This document shows, piece after piece, positions 6,763 to 15,229 of a stretch of 24,000 nucleotides of DNA. A program made the translations under genes and the position numbers. The DNA is from Cedecea lapagei (GTDB lineage: Bacteria > Pseudomonadota > Gammaproteobacteria > Enterobacterales > Enterobacteriaceae). The stretch covers positions 62,124 through 86,123 of the forward strand of contig NZ_LR134201.1 of the NCBI RefSeq assembly GCF_900635955.1, in the 5' to 3' direction. The notes below the pieces were generated by a model. It was not told the DNA's origin. It was given only the letters and a program-made list of their open reading frames with translations, and ran no database searches. Numbering within the stretch: position 1 is the first letter of the stretch; every line of letters starts with the position of its first letter.

Positions 6763-8115
6763 TTAACGCATGGTAACAAACTCTTCCGCTGCGGTGGGGT
6801 GGATCGCCACGGTGTTGTCGAAGTCTTTCTTAGTCGCGCCCATTTTCAGCGCTACGGCGAAGCCCTGCAGGATTTCGTCCATACCAAAACCGATGCCGTG
6901 AATACCGACGATTTTCTCGTCCGGGCCCGCACAGACCAGCTTCATACGGCACGGCTGGCGGTGAGAGGTCACGGCGGTGTACATGGCGGTGAAGGAGGAT
7001 TTGTAGACCTTCACGTTGTCGTCGCCGTACTGCTCGCGCGCCTGCGGTTCGGTCAGGCCAACGGTGCCGATTGGCGGGTGGCTGAAGACCACGGTCGGCA
7101 CGTTGCTGTAGTCCAGATGCTCGTCCGGCTTGTTGTTAAACAGGCGCTCGGACAGGCGACGACCAGCGGCAACGGCGACAGGCGTCAGCTCAACTGCGCC
7201 GGTGTTATCGCCCACGGCATAAATGCCCGGCACGTTGGTGTTCTGGAACTTATCGACCTTGATATAGCCTTTTGCATCCAGCTCAACGCCGGTCACCTGC
7301 AGGTTGAAGTTGTCGTTAGCCGGTTCACGACCGATCGCCCAAATCAGGGTATCGACGGTTTCTGCGCGGCCATCTTCCAGCTCCAGCGTCAGGCTGCCGT
7401 CTGCGTTTTTCACCACTGCTTTTGGAACCGCGTTGGTGTGCAGGGTCGGGCCTTCTGCCGCAATCACTTCCAGCAGCGTCTCAACAATCAACGGGTCGAA
7501 GGTGCGCAGCGGCGCGTGCTTACGCACGAACAGGTGGGTTTCTGAGCCCAGCGCGTTAATTACGCCGGCGATTTCTACCGCGATGTAGCCCGCGCCAACC
7601 ACCGCCACGCGTTTTGGCAGGCCCGGTAGCTCAAAGAAGCCGTCGGAGTCGATGCCGTACTCAGCACCAGGGATGTTCGGGTGGCTTGGACGGCCGCCGG
7701 TGGCGATCAGAATATGGTCTGCGGTGATGGTTTCGCCGTTTACTTCCACGGTATGGGCATCAACGAACTTCGCAAAGCCGCGGATCACGTCAACTTTATT
7801 CTTGCCCAATACGTTGTCGTATGAGGTATGAATGCGGTCAATATAGGCGGTACGGCTGGCAATCAGTTTGTCCCAGTCGAAATGGTTCAGCGTGGTGTCA
7901 AAGCCGTAGTCCGGGCCATAGTTGTGAATCGCCTCGGCGATTTGCGCCGCATGCCACATCACTTTTTTAGGCACACAGCCGACGTTGACGCAGGTGCCGC
8001 CCAGATCTTTCGCCTCAATCAGTGCGCACTTCTGCCCATACATTGCCGCACGGTTAATCGAGGCGATACCGCCGCTGCCGCCGCCGATGGCGAGGTAGTC
8101 ATAATGTTTGGTCAT
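6763..8115 (-). CDS. gor: Glutathione-disulfide reductase
   Basis: 450-aa ORF near-identical by eye to E. coli Gor ([51 protein letters not shown]...). It has the redox-active CVNVGC disulfide, two Rossmann GxGxxG motifs and the C-terminal [12 protein letters not shown]. Confidence 0.97.
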   Translation of the reverse strand: MTKHYDYLAIGGGSGGIASINRAAMYGQKCALIEAKDLGGTCVNVGCVPKKVMWHAAQIAEAIHNYGPDYGFDTTLNHFDWDKLIASRTAYIDRIHTSYDNVLGKNKVDVIRGFAKFVDAHTVEVNGETITADHILIATGGRPSHPNIPGAEYGIDSDGFFELPGLPKRVAVVGAGYIAVEIAGVINALGSETHLFVRKHAPLRTFDPLIVETLLEVIAAEGPTLHTNAVPKAVVKNADGSLTLELEDGRAETVDTLIWAIGREPANDNFNLQVTGVELDAKGYIKVDKFQNTNVPGIYAVGDNTGAVELTPVAVAAGRRLSERLFNNKPDEHLDYSNVPTVVFSHPPIGTVGLTEPQAREQYGDDNVKVYKSSFTAMYTAVTSHRQPCRMKLVCAGPDEKIVGIHGIGFGMDEILQGFAVALKMGATKKDFDNTVAIHPTAAEEFVTMR

Positions 8116-8142
8116 GATGTTTCCCTTTTGAGTCGAAAATTA

Positions 8143-8161
8143 GGCGCGATTGTAGCGCGCC
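8143..8161 (-). terminator. Possible rlmJ terminator hairpin, immediately upstream of gor
   Basis: GGCGCG and CGCGCC form a 6-bp stem with a 7-nt loop. On the minus strand it is followed by TAATTTTCG. Both the stem and the U-tract are weak. Confidence 0.3.
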
Positions 8162-8201
8162 GGGATAAAGGTTCTACCGATTGTTGTAAAAGGGATGGCC
8201 G

Positions 8202-9044
8202 TTATTCCGGCACAATCCAGCTGAGCGTGGTGGAGCCGGTGCCCGCGGGCACCAGCTTTTTATGCAGCCACGGCAGCACGTTTGCCATCTGCTGTTCCAG
8301 CTTCCACGGTGGATTGATCACAATCATGCCGGAAGCCGTCATGCCGCGCTGGTCGCTGTCCGGGCGAACCGCCAGCTCGATTTGCAGGATGCGGCGGATG
8401 CCGGTCTCTTCCAGGTCGCGGATCATGCGTTTGATTTGCTGGCGCAGCACTACCGGGTACCACAGCGCGTAGGTGCCGGTGGCAAAGCGTTTGTAGCCTT
8501 CAGCGATGCCTTTTACTACGTCCTGATAGTCGGTTTTGATCTCATACGGTGGGTCGATGAGGATCAGGCCGCGTCGGGAAACCGGCGGCAGCTTCGCTTT
8601 CAACTGCTGGTAGCCGTCGGCACGTTCAACGCGGGCGCGCTCATCTTTCTGGAACTCGGAGCGCAGCAGCGGGAAGTCGGAAGGGTGCAGTTCGGTGAGC
8701 TGCAGGCTGTCCTGCTCGCGCAGAAGATGACGGGCAATCAGCGGCGAGCCCGGGTAATAGCGCAGGTTGCCGCTACGGTTCAGGTGTTGCACCGCGCCAA
8801 TATAGGCTTCCAGCTCGGCAGGCAAATCGTCCTGCTGCCAGATGCGCGCGATACCTTCCAGATACTCGCCGGTGCGCTCCGCATGTTCGCTGCTCAGCTG
8901 GTAACGACCGGCGCCTGCGTGAGTGTCGAGATAGAGAAACGGCTTCTCCTTCTCTTTTAGCGATTCAATAATCAGGCTTTGAACGGTGTGTTTCAGTACG
9001 TCGGCATGGTTACCGGCGTGAAAGCTGTGGCGATAGCTGAGCAT
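8202..9044 (-). CDS. rlmJ: 23S rRNA (adenine2030-N6)-methyltransferase
   Basis: 280-aa ORF matching E. coli RlmJ/YhiR from the first residue (MLSYRHSFHAGNHADVLKHTVQSLIIESLKEKEKPFLYLDTHAGAGRY...). It carries the DPPY motif (LILIDPPYE). Confidence 0.95.
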   Translation of the reverse strand: MLSYRHSFHAGNHADVLKHTVQSLIIESLKEKEKPFLYLDTHAGAGRYQLSSEHAERTGEYLEGIARIWQQDDLPAELEAYIGAVQHLNRSGNLRYYPGSPLIARHLLREQDSLQLTELHPSDFPLLRSEFQKDERARVERADGYQQLKAKLPPVSRRGLILIDPPYEIKTDYQDVVKGIAEGYKRFATGTYALWYPVVLRQQIKRMIRDLEETGIRRILQIELAVRPDSDQRGMTASGMIVINPPWKLEQQMANVLPWLHKKLVPAGTGSTTLSWIVPE

Positions 9045-9164
9045 GGGGGATGGTATTCCGCAAATAAGAAAACAAATTTCCCACAGTTTACCGCAGATTG
9101 CGGAGGATTACCGCCCGGGCGCGGCGCTGTTTCAATCGGGCCTAAAACGTTTCAAAACATAAAT

Positions 9165-9196
9165 GTGTCATAAAAACGTCAAATTTCCAGGATAGC
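9165..9196 (+). promoter_or_regulatory. Pho-box-like repeat (candidate PhoB site) upstream of the PAP2 phosphatase
   Basis: GTGTCAT (9165-9171), AAAA, ACGTCAA (9176-9182), compared with the consensus CTGTCAT-AAAA-CTGTCAT. The first half-site matches 6/7 and the second 4/7, with 11-bp periodicity. A weak -10 candidate GATAGC lies at 9191-9196. The ATG is at 9240. Confidence 0.35.
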
Positions 9197-9239
9197 GTCG
9201 CAGCCAGGCAAGGTAATCGTTTGAATAAAAGGAAAAATA

Positions 9240-10511
9240 ATGAAACTCCGTATTTCTGTGCTGGCCGCAGCGCTGGCCGTGGCTATGCCTGCGCTGGCAA
9301 AGGACGTCTCTCTCCCTCAGGCCGCGGCGATAGCCAATACCGTCACTCCGGCAAACAGCAGCCAGAGCTTTGATGAGCTGGAAAGCCAGTCCCTGGTGGC
9401 CCTGCGTGCGGCTTTGAAAGGGGATGCGGACAAACTGACTCGCGACCAGCTGGATAAAGCGAAGCAAAGCAAAAAGCTGGCGGATACCGCGTGGCTGAAG
9501 GCCAGCGGCTATGACTTCCAGACCAAAGCAAACCAGAAGGCGGGCATCGAGCTGCTTTCCGCGTTCAGTAAGCTGCCGGATCCCGTGATCAAGCAGAACC
9601 TTGAAACGGTGACCAACATTAACCTTAACGCCGTGCAGACCTCCCGCCATCAGGCGCTGGCGGATGCAGAGGGCATCAACCATCTTTACTTCCTGAGCGA
9701 CGCCATGGGGCCGCGCCTGGGTAAAGCCTTCCTGGCCGCCTACGATAAAGGCGAACTGAGCAAGGCCGCTGCGCTGATTAAAGCCTCTGAGGTCAGCACC
9801 AGCGCGGCGAAGAAGCACTTCAATAACCCGCGTCCGTTCCTGATTCAGGGCAACACGATCCACCTTGTCCCGGATGATGTGGTGATTAAAGATAACAAAC
9901 CGTACACCGCAGACGGCGGTTCGTTCCCGAGCGGCCACACCAACACTGGCTACACCGACGCGCTGCTAATGGCCGAGATGGTACCGGAGCGTTTTGAAGC
10001 GCTTGTTGAGCGCGGCGCTCGCTACGGCTACTCGCGCATTGTGCTGGGCGTACATTATCCGCTGGACGTGATGGGTTCCCGCATGGTGGCGCAGCGCAAC
10101 GTGGCTAACTACCTGAACGACCCTAAATACCGTGCGTTGTTTAACGAAGCTCGCGATCAGCTGCGTACTGCGCTGGAGAAAGAGTGCGGGACCTCTTTGG
10201 CTGAATGTGCGAAATCTTCCGCGAAAGACGATCCATACCGCGCCCCGGCTATGAAAGAACTCTACCGCTTCACCATGACCTACGATCTGCCGCAGCAGAA
10301 GGGCGAGAAGCAGGCTCTGAAGGTGCCGCAAGGGGCGGAAGTTCTGCTCGAGGCCGCGCTGCCTAAGCTTTCCGCCGCGCAGCGTCGCGATCTGATGGTG
10401 AAAACCGCATTACCTGCGGGCTACCCGCTTTCCGGCACGACGGCTGACCAGCAGTTCTGGCAGCGTCTGAACCTGCCTGCGGCCTACGCCATGGCCGAGA
10501 AATCCCACTGA
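9240..10511 (+). CDS. Secreted long-form PAP2-family (class A-like) acid phosphatase
   Basis: 423-aa ORF with SD AAGGA. It has a Sec signal peptide with an AxA site (MKLRISVLAAALAVAMPALA|KD). All three PAP2 motifs are present: KKHFNNPRP (K191-P199), PSGH (230-233) and SRIVLGVHYPLD (S265...H272...D276). About 190 residues of helical sequence precede the catalytic core. Confidence 0.85.
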   Translation: MKLRISVLAAALAVAMPALAKDVSLPQAAAIANTVTPANSSQSFDELESQSLVALRAALKGDADKLTRDQLDKAKQSKKLADTAWLKASGYDFQTKANQKAGIELLSAFSKLPDPVIKQNLETVTNINLNAVQTSRHQALADAEGINHLYFLSDAMGPRLGKAFLAAYDKGELSKAAALIKASEVSTSAAKKHFNNPRPFLIQGNTIHLVPDDVVIKDNKPYTADGGSFPSGHTNTGYTDALLMAEMVPERFEALVERGARYGYSRIVLGVHYPLDVMGSRMVAQRNVANYLNDPKYRALFNEARDQLRTALEKECGTSLAECAKSSAKDDPYRAPAMKELYRFTMTYDLPQQKGEKQALKVPQGAEVLLEAALPKLSAAQRRDLMVKTALPAGYPLSGTTADQQFWQRLNLPAAYAMAEKSH

Positions 10512-10521
10512 TTGACCTTCC

Positions 10522-10548
10522 GGGGCAGCACCTGCTGCCCCTGTTTCC
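10522..10548 (+). terminator. Candidate terminator of the phosphatase gene
   Basis: GGGGCAGC (10522-10529) pairs with GCTGCCCC (10534-10541) around a 4-nt loop. It is followed by TGTTTCC, a short U-tract. Confidence 0.5.
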
Positions 10549-10572
10549 GGCGAGCTGGGCGCAACGTCCGGG

Positions 10573-10602
10573 ATTGAAATTCGCTACACTTAACCCCATG
10601 CT
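10573..10602 (+). promoter_or_regulatory. Sigma32 (heat-shock) type promoter of prlC-rsmJ
   Basis: aTTGAAA (10573-10579), a 14-nt spacer, then CCCCATgcT (10594-10602), compared with the consensus CTTGAAA-N13-15-CCCCATNT. It lies about 60 nt upstream of the prlC ATG. Heat-shock control of opdA(prlC)-yhiQ has been reported in Salmonella. Confidence 0.65.
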
Positions 10603-10664
10603 AGACTCCATGCACAAAGCGCCGTTTGAGCGCTTCTCTCTCCCTTTTAATCAGGAACGCGCTT

Positions 10665-12707
10665 ATGACCAATCCTTTATTGACCCCTTTTGAGCTGCCG
10701 CCGTTTTCCGCCATCAAACCAGAGCATGTTGTTCCGGCTGTGACTAAAGCGCTGGATGACTGCCGTGCGGCGGTGGAAAGCGTGGTTGCGCAGGGCGCGC
10801 CTTATAGCTGGCAGAACCTGGTTCAGCCGCTGGCAGAAGTGGACGATCGCCTGGGCCGCCTGTTCTCCCCGGTCAGCCATCTGAATTCGGTGCAGAACAG
10901 CCCGGAGCTGCGCGAAGCCTATGAGCAAACGCTGCCGCTGCTGTCGGAATACAGCACCTGGGTTGGTCAGCACGAAGGGCTATACAACGCGTACCGCGAC
11001 CTGCGTGACGGCGCGAATTACGCCAGCCTGAGCATTGCTGAGAAGAAAGCGGTGGATAACGCGCTGCGTGACTTCGAGCTCTCCGGTATTGGCCTGCCCA
11101 AAGACAAACAGCAGCGCTACGGTGAAATTTCTGCTCGCCTGTCCGAGCTGGGCTCTACCTACAGCAATAACGTGCTCGATGCCACCATGGGCTGGAGCAA
11201 GCTGATTACCGATGAAGCAGAGCTGGCCGGTATGCCGGAAAGCGCCTTAGCCGCTGCACGCGCTCAGGCAGAAGCCAAAGAGCAGGACGGCTGGCTGCTG
11301 ACGCTGGACATTCCAAGCTACCTGCCGGTGCTGACTTACTGCGATAACCGCGCCCTGCGCGAAGAGATGTACCGCGCATACTCCACCCGTGCGTCCGATC
11401 AGGGCCCGAATGCCGGGAAGTGGGATAACACCCCGGTGATGGAAGAGATCCTTGCGCTGCGCCACGAGCTGGCTCAGCTGCTGGGCTTTGGTAACTATGC
11501 GGAAAAATCCCTCGCCACCAAAATGGCGGAGAACCCGCAGCAGGTGCTGGAATTCCTGTCTGACCTGGCAAAACGCGCTCGCCCTCAGGGTGAAGCCGAG
11601 CTGGCTCAGCTGCGCGCCTATGCAAAAGAGCATTACGGCGTGGAAGAGCTGGAGCCGTGGGACATCACCTGGTACAGCGAAAAACAGAAACAGCATCTCT
11701 ACAGCATCAGCGACGAACAGCTGCGCCCTTACTTCCCTGAAGAGCGTGCGGTGAACGGCCTGTTCGAAGTCGTTAAGCGCATCTACGGCATCACCGCTAA
11801 AGAGCGTAAAGATATCGACGTCTGGCATCCGGACGTGCGCTTCTTCGAGCTGTATGACGACCAGGGCGAGCTGCGCGGCAGCTTCTACCTTGACCTGTAC
11901 GCTCGCGAGCACAAACGCGGCGGAGCCTGGATGGATGACTGCGTGGGCAAAATGCGTCGCGCAGACGGCTCGCTGCAGAAGCCGGTTGCTTACCTGACCT
12001 GCAACTTCAACCGCCCGGTGAACGGCAAACCTGCGCTGTTTACCCACGATGAAGTGATCACCCTGTTCCATGAGTTCGGCCACGGCCTGCATCATATGCT
12101 GACCAAAATCGAAACCGCAGGCGTGTCCGGCATCAACGGCGTGCCGTGGGATGCGGTCGAGCTGCCGAGCCAGTTTATGGAAAACTGGTGCTGGGAGCCT
12201 GAAGCGCTGGCGTTTATCTCCGGCCACTATGAAACCGGTGAATCTCTGCCTGTTGAGCTGCTGGAAAAAATGCTGGCGGCGAAGAACTACCAGGCCGCGC
12301 TGTTTATTCTGCGCCAGCTGGAGTTTGGCCTGTTCGACTTCCGCCTGCACGCCGAGTTCAGCCCGGAACAGGGGGCAAAAGTCCTGCAGACGCTGGCCGA
12401 AATTAAGAAACAGGTTGCCGTGGTGCCTGGGCCGAGCTGGGGTCGCTTCCCGCATGCCTTTAGCCACATCTTCGCTGGCGGCTATGCGGCGGGCTACTAC
12501 AGCTACCTGTGGGCCGACGTGCTGGCGGCGGATGCCTACTCTCGCTTCGAAGAAGAGGGCATTTTCAACCGTCAGACCGGCCAGTCGTTCCTCGATAACA
12601 TCCTGACCCGGGGCGGTTCGGAAGAGCCGATGGAGCTGTTCAAACGCTTCCGCGGGCGCGAGCCACAGCTGGATGCGATGCTGGAACACTACGGTATTCA
12701 GGGCTAA
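10665..12707 (+). CDS. prlC: Oligopeptidase A (M3 zinc metallopeptidase)
   Basis: From ATG 10665 the product is 680 aa and begins [15 protein letters not shown], as E. coli PrlC does. The HEFGH zinc motif is at 12069-12083. The ORF-track start at 10626 is a TTG extension without support. Confidence 0.97.
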   Translation: MTNPLLTPFELPPFSAIKPEHVVPAVTKALDDCRAAVESVVAQGAPYSWQNLVQPLAEVDDRLGRLFSPVSHLNSVQNSPELREAYEQTLPLLSEYSTWVGQHEGLYNAYRDLRDGANYASLSIAEKKAVDNALRDFELSGIGLPKDKQQRYGEISARLSELGSTYSNNVLDATMGWSKLITDEAELAGMPESALAAARAQAEAKEQDGWLLTLDIPSYLPVLTYCDNRALREEMYRAYSTRASDQGPNAGKWDNTPVMEEILALRHELAQLLGFGNYAEKSLATKMAENPQQVLEFLSDLAKRARPQGEAELAQLRAYAKEHYGVEELEPWDITWYSEKQKQHLYSISDEQLRPYFPEERAVNGLFEVVKRIYGITAKERKDIDVWHPDVRFFELYDDQGELRGSFYLDLYAREHKRGGAWMDDCVGKMRRADGSLQKPVAYLTCNFNRPVNGKPALFTHDEVITLFHEFGHGLHHMLTKIETAGVSGINGVPWDAVELPSQFMENWCWEPEALAFISGHYETGESLPVELLEKMLAAKNYQAALFILRQLEFGLFDFRLHAEFSPEQGAKVLQTLAEIKKQVAVVPGPSWGRFPHAFSHIFAGGYAAGYYSYLWADVLAADAYSRFEEEGIFNRQTGQSFLDNILTRGGSEEPMELFKRFRGREPQLDAMLEHYGIQG

Positions 12708-12715
12708 GCCATCAC

Positions 12716-13468
12716 GTGAAAATCTGTTTACTGACTGAAGCAGGCGCCGATCCCGGCGCCTTATCTGTTTTGAGCGAACGCTGGCAGCTTGAGCACGATG
12801 AAGATGCGCCGATGGCGCTGGTGCTGACGCCTGAGCATCTTGAACTGCGCAAGCGTGATGAGCCAAAGCTTGGCGGCATCTTCGTTGATTTTGCCTCCGG
12901 GGCGATGGCGCACCGCCGTAAGTTTGGCGGCGGGCGTGGTGAAGCGGTGGCAAAGGCCGTGGGCGTTAAGGGCAGCTATCTGCCGGATGTGGTCGATGCG
13001 ACGGCAGGGTTAGGGCGCGATGCCTTCGTGCTCGCTTCCGTGGGCTGCCGCGTGCGGATGCTGGAACGCAATCCTGTGGTTGCCGCGCTGCTCGACGATG
13101 GCCTGCGCCGTGGCTATGCGGACCCGGAAATCGGCAGCTGGCTGCAGGAGCGATTACAGCTGATTCATGCTTCCAGCCTGACGGCGCTTAGCGACATCAC
13201 GCCGCGCCCGGATGTGGTCTACCTCGACCCGATGTTCCCCCATAAGCAAAAGAGCGCGCTGGTGAAGAAAGAGATGCGCGTCTTCCAGTCCCTGGTAGGG
13301 CCGGATGAAGATGCGGATGGGCTGCTGACGCCTGCCCGAGCGCTGGCGAAGAAAAGGGTGGTGGTGAAGCGCCCTGACTATGCGCCGCCGCTGGCCGATG
13401 TGGCCACGCAAAACGCGGTGGTGACCAAAGGGCACCGGTTTGATATTTACGCCGGGACGCCGGAGTAA
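12716..13468 (+). CDS. rsmJ: 16S rRNA (guanine1516-N2)-methyltransferase
   Basis: 250-aa ORF with a GTG start 8 nt after the prlC stop. It matches E. coli RsmJ/YhiQ (MKICL...[35 protein letters not shown]...). Confidence 0.95.
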   Translation: MKICLLTEAGADPGALSVLSERWQLEHDEDAPMALVLTPEHLELRKRDEPKLGGIFVDFASGAMAHRRKFGGGRGEAVAKAVGVKGSYLPDVVDATAGLGRDAFVLASVGCRVRMLERNPVVAALLDDGLRRGYADPEIGSWLQERLQLIHASSLTALSDITPRPDVVYLDPMFPHKQKSALVKKEMRVFQSLVGPDEDADGLLTPARALAKKRVVVKRPDYAPPLADVATQNAVVTKGHRFDIYAGTPE

Positions 13469-13537
13469 TCGCCAAAACGCCGGAAAGCCTCTCGCAGAAA
13501 AGAAGATTTCTACTCGCCTCTCAACGGCTGTATTGGC

Positions 13538-13936
13538 ATGTTGCCTGCTATGCAGCCGATCCGACATTTCGCCCGCCAGCTAAGGCGACAGATGACCCCC
13601 GAAGAGAGCCTGCTGTGGTATCAACTCCGCTGCAGGCGCTTTGCCGCGTTTAAGTTTCGTCGCCAGCATCCGATTGGGCCCTATATTGTTGATTTTGCCT
13701 GCTGCGCTGCTCGTCTGGCGATTGAGCTGGACGGTGGGCAGCATGAGGCACAAAGAGGCTACGATGCGCGAAGAACGAAGTACCTCAATGAGCAGGGATG
13801 GCGGGTGAGGCGGTTCTGGAATAACGAGCTGTGGGGAGAGCTGGAGGGGGTGTTGACGGTGATCCTTCAGGATTTGAATGAGCTTAGACCCTCACCCCGG
13901 CCCTCTCCCTGGAAGGGAGAGGGGGAAAACCGATAA
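13538..13936 (+). CDS. DUF559 (Vsr/restriction-endonuclease-like fold) domain protein with a repeat-encoded C-terminal tail
   Basis: 132-aa ORF with the typical DUF559 pattern: LRRQMTPEESLLWYQLR...FKFRRQHPIGPYIVDF...LAIELDGGQHE...DARRTKYLNEQGWRVRRFWNNEL. The last ~17 residues (RPSPRPSPWKGEGENR) are translated from the REP-like repeat beginning at 13888. An alternative start is ATG 13550. Confidence 0.7.
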   Translation: MLPAMQPIRHFARQLRRQMTPEESLLWYQLRCRRFAAFKFRRQHPIGPYIVDFACCAARLAIELDGGQHEAQRGYDARRTKYLNEQGWRVRRFWNNELWGELEGVLTVILQDLNELRPSPRPSPWKGEGENR

Positions 13937-14006
13937 TTTATGCTCGATCCGGTCCGCTCTCGGTCCAGTCCCCTCTCCCCTTTGGGGAGAGGGTTAGGGT
14001 GAGGGG
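13888..14006. repeat. Inverted pair of G/C-rich REP/BIME-like palindromic units flanking a ~47-bp spacer
   Basis: Unit A reads CCCTCACCCC-gg-CCCTCTCCC-tggaa-GGGAGAGGG (13889-13923). Unit B is the opposite orientation: CCCTCTCCCC-ttt-GGGGAGAGGG-tta-GGGTGAGGGG (13971-14006). Each unit has a 9-10 bp perfect hairpin. The outer CCCTCACCC and GGGTGAGGG arms are mutually complementary. The pair sits between the convergent DUF559 ORF and uspA. Confidence 0.8.
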
Positions 14007-14012
14007 AAAGTG

Positions 14013-14450
14013 TTACTCGTCTTCGTCATCACGCAGCGGAACAATCAGCATATCCACATGCACGGTATTGATCAGCTGGCGAGCCGAGGACATCAGCTTG
14101 CTCCAGAAGTCCTGGTGGTGCCCGCAAACCACCAAATCCATATCGTATTTTTTAATTGCGTCTACCAGCACCTGGCCCAGATCGCCGCTGCCGCTCAGGG
14201 TTTCGGTTATAGGGTAACCTGCGCCGGTGGAAAGCTCGGTCAGCGCATGGTGAGTCTCTTCGGAAATGCGTTTCTGCATATCGCCCAGATTGACATCAAT
14301 CAGCCCGGTATACAGATCGGAGTAATTTACATCGACATGAATCAGGGAAACCTTAGCGTTATAAGGGCGAGCCATGGAGACCGCTTTTTCCACCAGTACT
14401 TTGCTCTCCGGAGAGAGGTCTACCGCGATAAGAATGTGTTTGTAAGCCAT
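14013..14450 (-). CDS. uspA: Universal stress protein A
   Basis: 145-aa ORF essentially identical by eye to E. coli UspA ([74 protein letters not shown]...). Confidence 0.97.
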   Translation of the reverse strand: MAYKHILIAVDLSPESKVLVEKAVSMARPYNAKVSLIHVDVNYSDLYTGLIDVNLGDMQKRISEETHHALTELSTGAGYPITETLSGSGDLGQVLVDAIKKYDMDLVVCGHHQDFWSKLMSSARQLINTVHVDMLIVPLRDDEDE

Positions 14451-14563
14451 AATGTTACTCCTTCCATAAGTTATCGATGACTCTCGCCGTCATCTTCTGA
14501 ACCGCAGCGGCATGAGCTACGGTCACCCTACCTAAAGACTTAAATTGTAGATGGTATTTCTAC

Positions 14564-14590
14564 CTTATAGGGAGCTATTCAACCCGTCAA
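14564..14590 (-). promoter_or_regulatory. Candidate sigma70 promoter of uspA
   Basis: On the minus strand, TTGACG (complement of 14585-14590) is followed by a 15-nt spacer and TATAAG (complement of 14564-14569). This is about 110 nt upstream of the uspA ATG. The spacer is short, so the exact hexamer assignment is uncertain. Confidence 0.35.
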
Positions 14591-14679
14591 TGCGCCACCC
14601 CGCAATTACATTCAAGCGAAAAATTATTGTGGCGGCCTTGATAAAGATTAACGCGGTGGTAAAAAAATTTAGGGATCTC

Positions 14680-14686
14680 CTACACT
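14680..14686 (+). promoter_or_regulatory. Candidate sigmaS-type extended -10 (CTACACT) for uspB
   Basis: cCTACACTat has a C immediately 5' of the TACACT hexamer, as in sigmaS promoters. It lies ~130 nt upstream of the uspB ATG. uspB is sigmaS-dependent in E. coli. The call rests on motif resemblance only. Confidence 0.3.
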
Positions 14687-14816
14687 ATTAAGTGAGCCGG
14701 ACGGGAAGAGATCTGTGACCTGTATCGGTGAGCCGTTGCAGGATTGTCTGACAGGGTTTTCGGGGAGAGCGGTTGTCCCGAAGCAGTCGCTTCGAGGGCT
14801 TCGCCGGGAGGGGTAC

Positions 14817-15152
14817 ATGATCAGCACCGTTGCGCTGTTCTGGGCGCTTTGTGTAGTTTGTGTCGTGAATATGGCGCGCTATTACTCTTCACTGCGTGCG
14901 TTACTGGTTGTGCTGCGCGGATGTGATCCTCTGCTGTATCAATATGTTGACGGAGGTGGTTTTTTTACCTCACATGGTCAACCGAGCAAACAGGTACGGC
15001 TGGTCCGCTATATCTACGCCCAGCGTTATTTAGATCATCATGATGAGGAGTTTATTCGCCGCTGTGAGCGCCTGCGCCGTCAGTTTATTTTGACGAGTTC
15101 GCTGTGTGGATTAGTGGTGATAAGCCTGGTGGGATTGATTATCTGGCACTAG
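14817..15152 (+). CDS. uspB: Universal stress protein B (small inner-membrane protein)
   Basis: From ATG 14817 (SD GGGAGGGG upstream) the product is 111 aa, [56 protein letters not shown]..., matching E. coli UspB. The ORF-track start at 14715 is an unsupported 34-codon extension. Confidence 0.95.
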   Translation: MISTVALFWALCVVCVVNMARYYSSLRALLVVLRGCDPLLYQYVDGGGFFTSHGQPSKQVRLVRYIYAQRYLDHHDEEFIRRCERLRRQFILTSSLCGLVVISLVGLIIWH

Positions 15153-15181
15153 ATTATCAGGGCAAAGTTATGGACAAGTAT

Positions 15182-15220
15182 AAAAAAAGCGGGCCAGTTA
15201 CCTGACCCGCTTTTTCTTTT
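15182..15220. terminator. Bidirectional rho-independent terminator shared by uspB (+) and pitA (-)
   Basis: GCGGGcCAG (15189-15197) pairs with CTGaCCCGC (15202-15210) around the loop TTAC. AAAAAAA lies upstream and TTTTTCTTTT downstream. Confidence 0.85.
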
Positions 15221-15229
15221 GGCTGCCGC

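Noticed and set aside
6742-7545. A 267-aa plus-strand ORF antisense to gor, plus the similar 7828-8472 ORF
   Set aside because: gor on the opposite strand is unambiguous. These frames are antisense artefacts with V/G/R/A-rich nonsense sequence.
8262-8960. A 232-aa plus-strand ORF antisense to rlmJ
   Set aside because: A shadow ORF of a gene identified with high confidence. It has no motif content.
9168-9938. A 256-aa minus-strand ORF antisense to the PAP2 phosphatase
   Set aside because: The sense ORF has a signal peptide and all PAP2 motifs. The antisense frame has none and runs through the intergenic promoter region.
10626-10664. An upstream TTG start extending prlC by 13 codons (ORF-track coordinates)
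   Set aside because: E. coli PrlC starts at MTNPLL, which corresponds to ATG 10665. The extension would also cover much of the short 5' UTR predicted downstream of the sigma32 promoter.
11247-12953. A 568-aa ORF on the minus strand spanning most of prlC and the start of rsmJ
   Set aside because: It lies exactly antisense to two genes whose products match well-known proteins residue for residue. Its translation is low-complexity and R/A/Q/H-rich with no recognisable domain. Long stop-free antisense frames are a normal by-product of codon bias in G+C-rich genes.
13888-14006. The possibility that the repeated G/C-rich units are a minimal CRISPR array
   Set aside because: There are only two units and they are in inverted, not direct, orientation. 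Each is itself a palindrome with an extra arm. No cas genes or leader are present. The pattern fits REP/BIME-type intergenic repeats.
14715-14816. A 34-codon N-terminal extension of uspB in the ORF track
   Set aside because: UspB is a 111-aa protein starting [11 protein letters not shown] 14817 has a strong GGGAGGGG SD, and the extension has no homology support.
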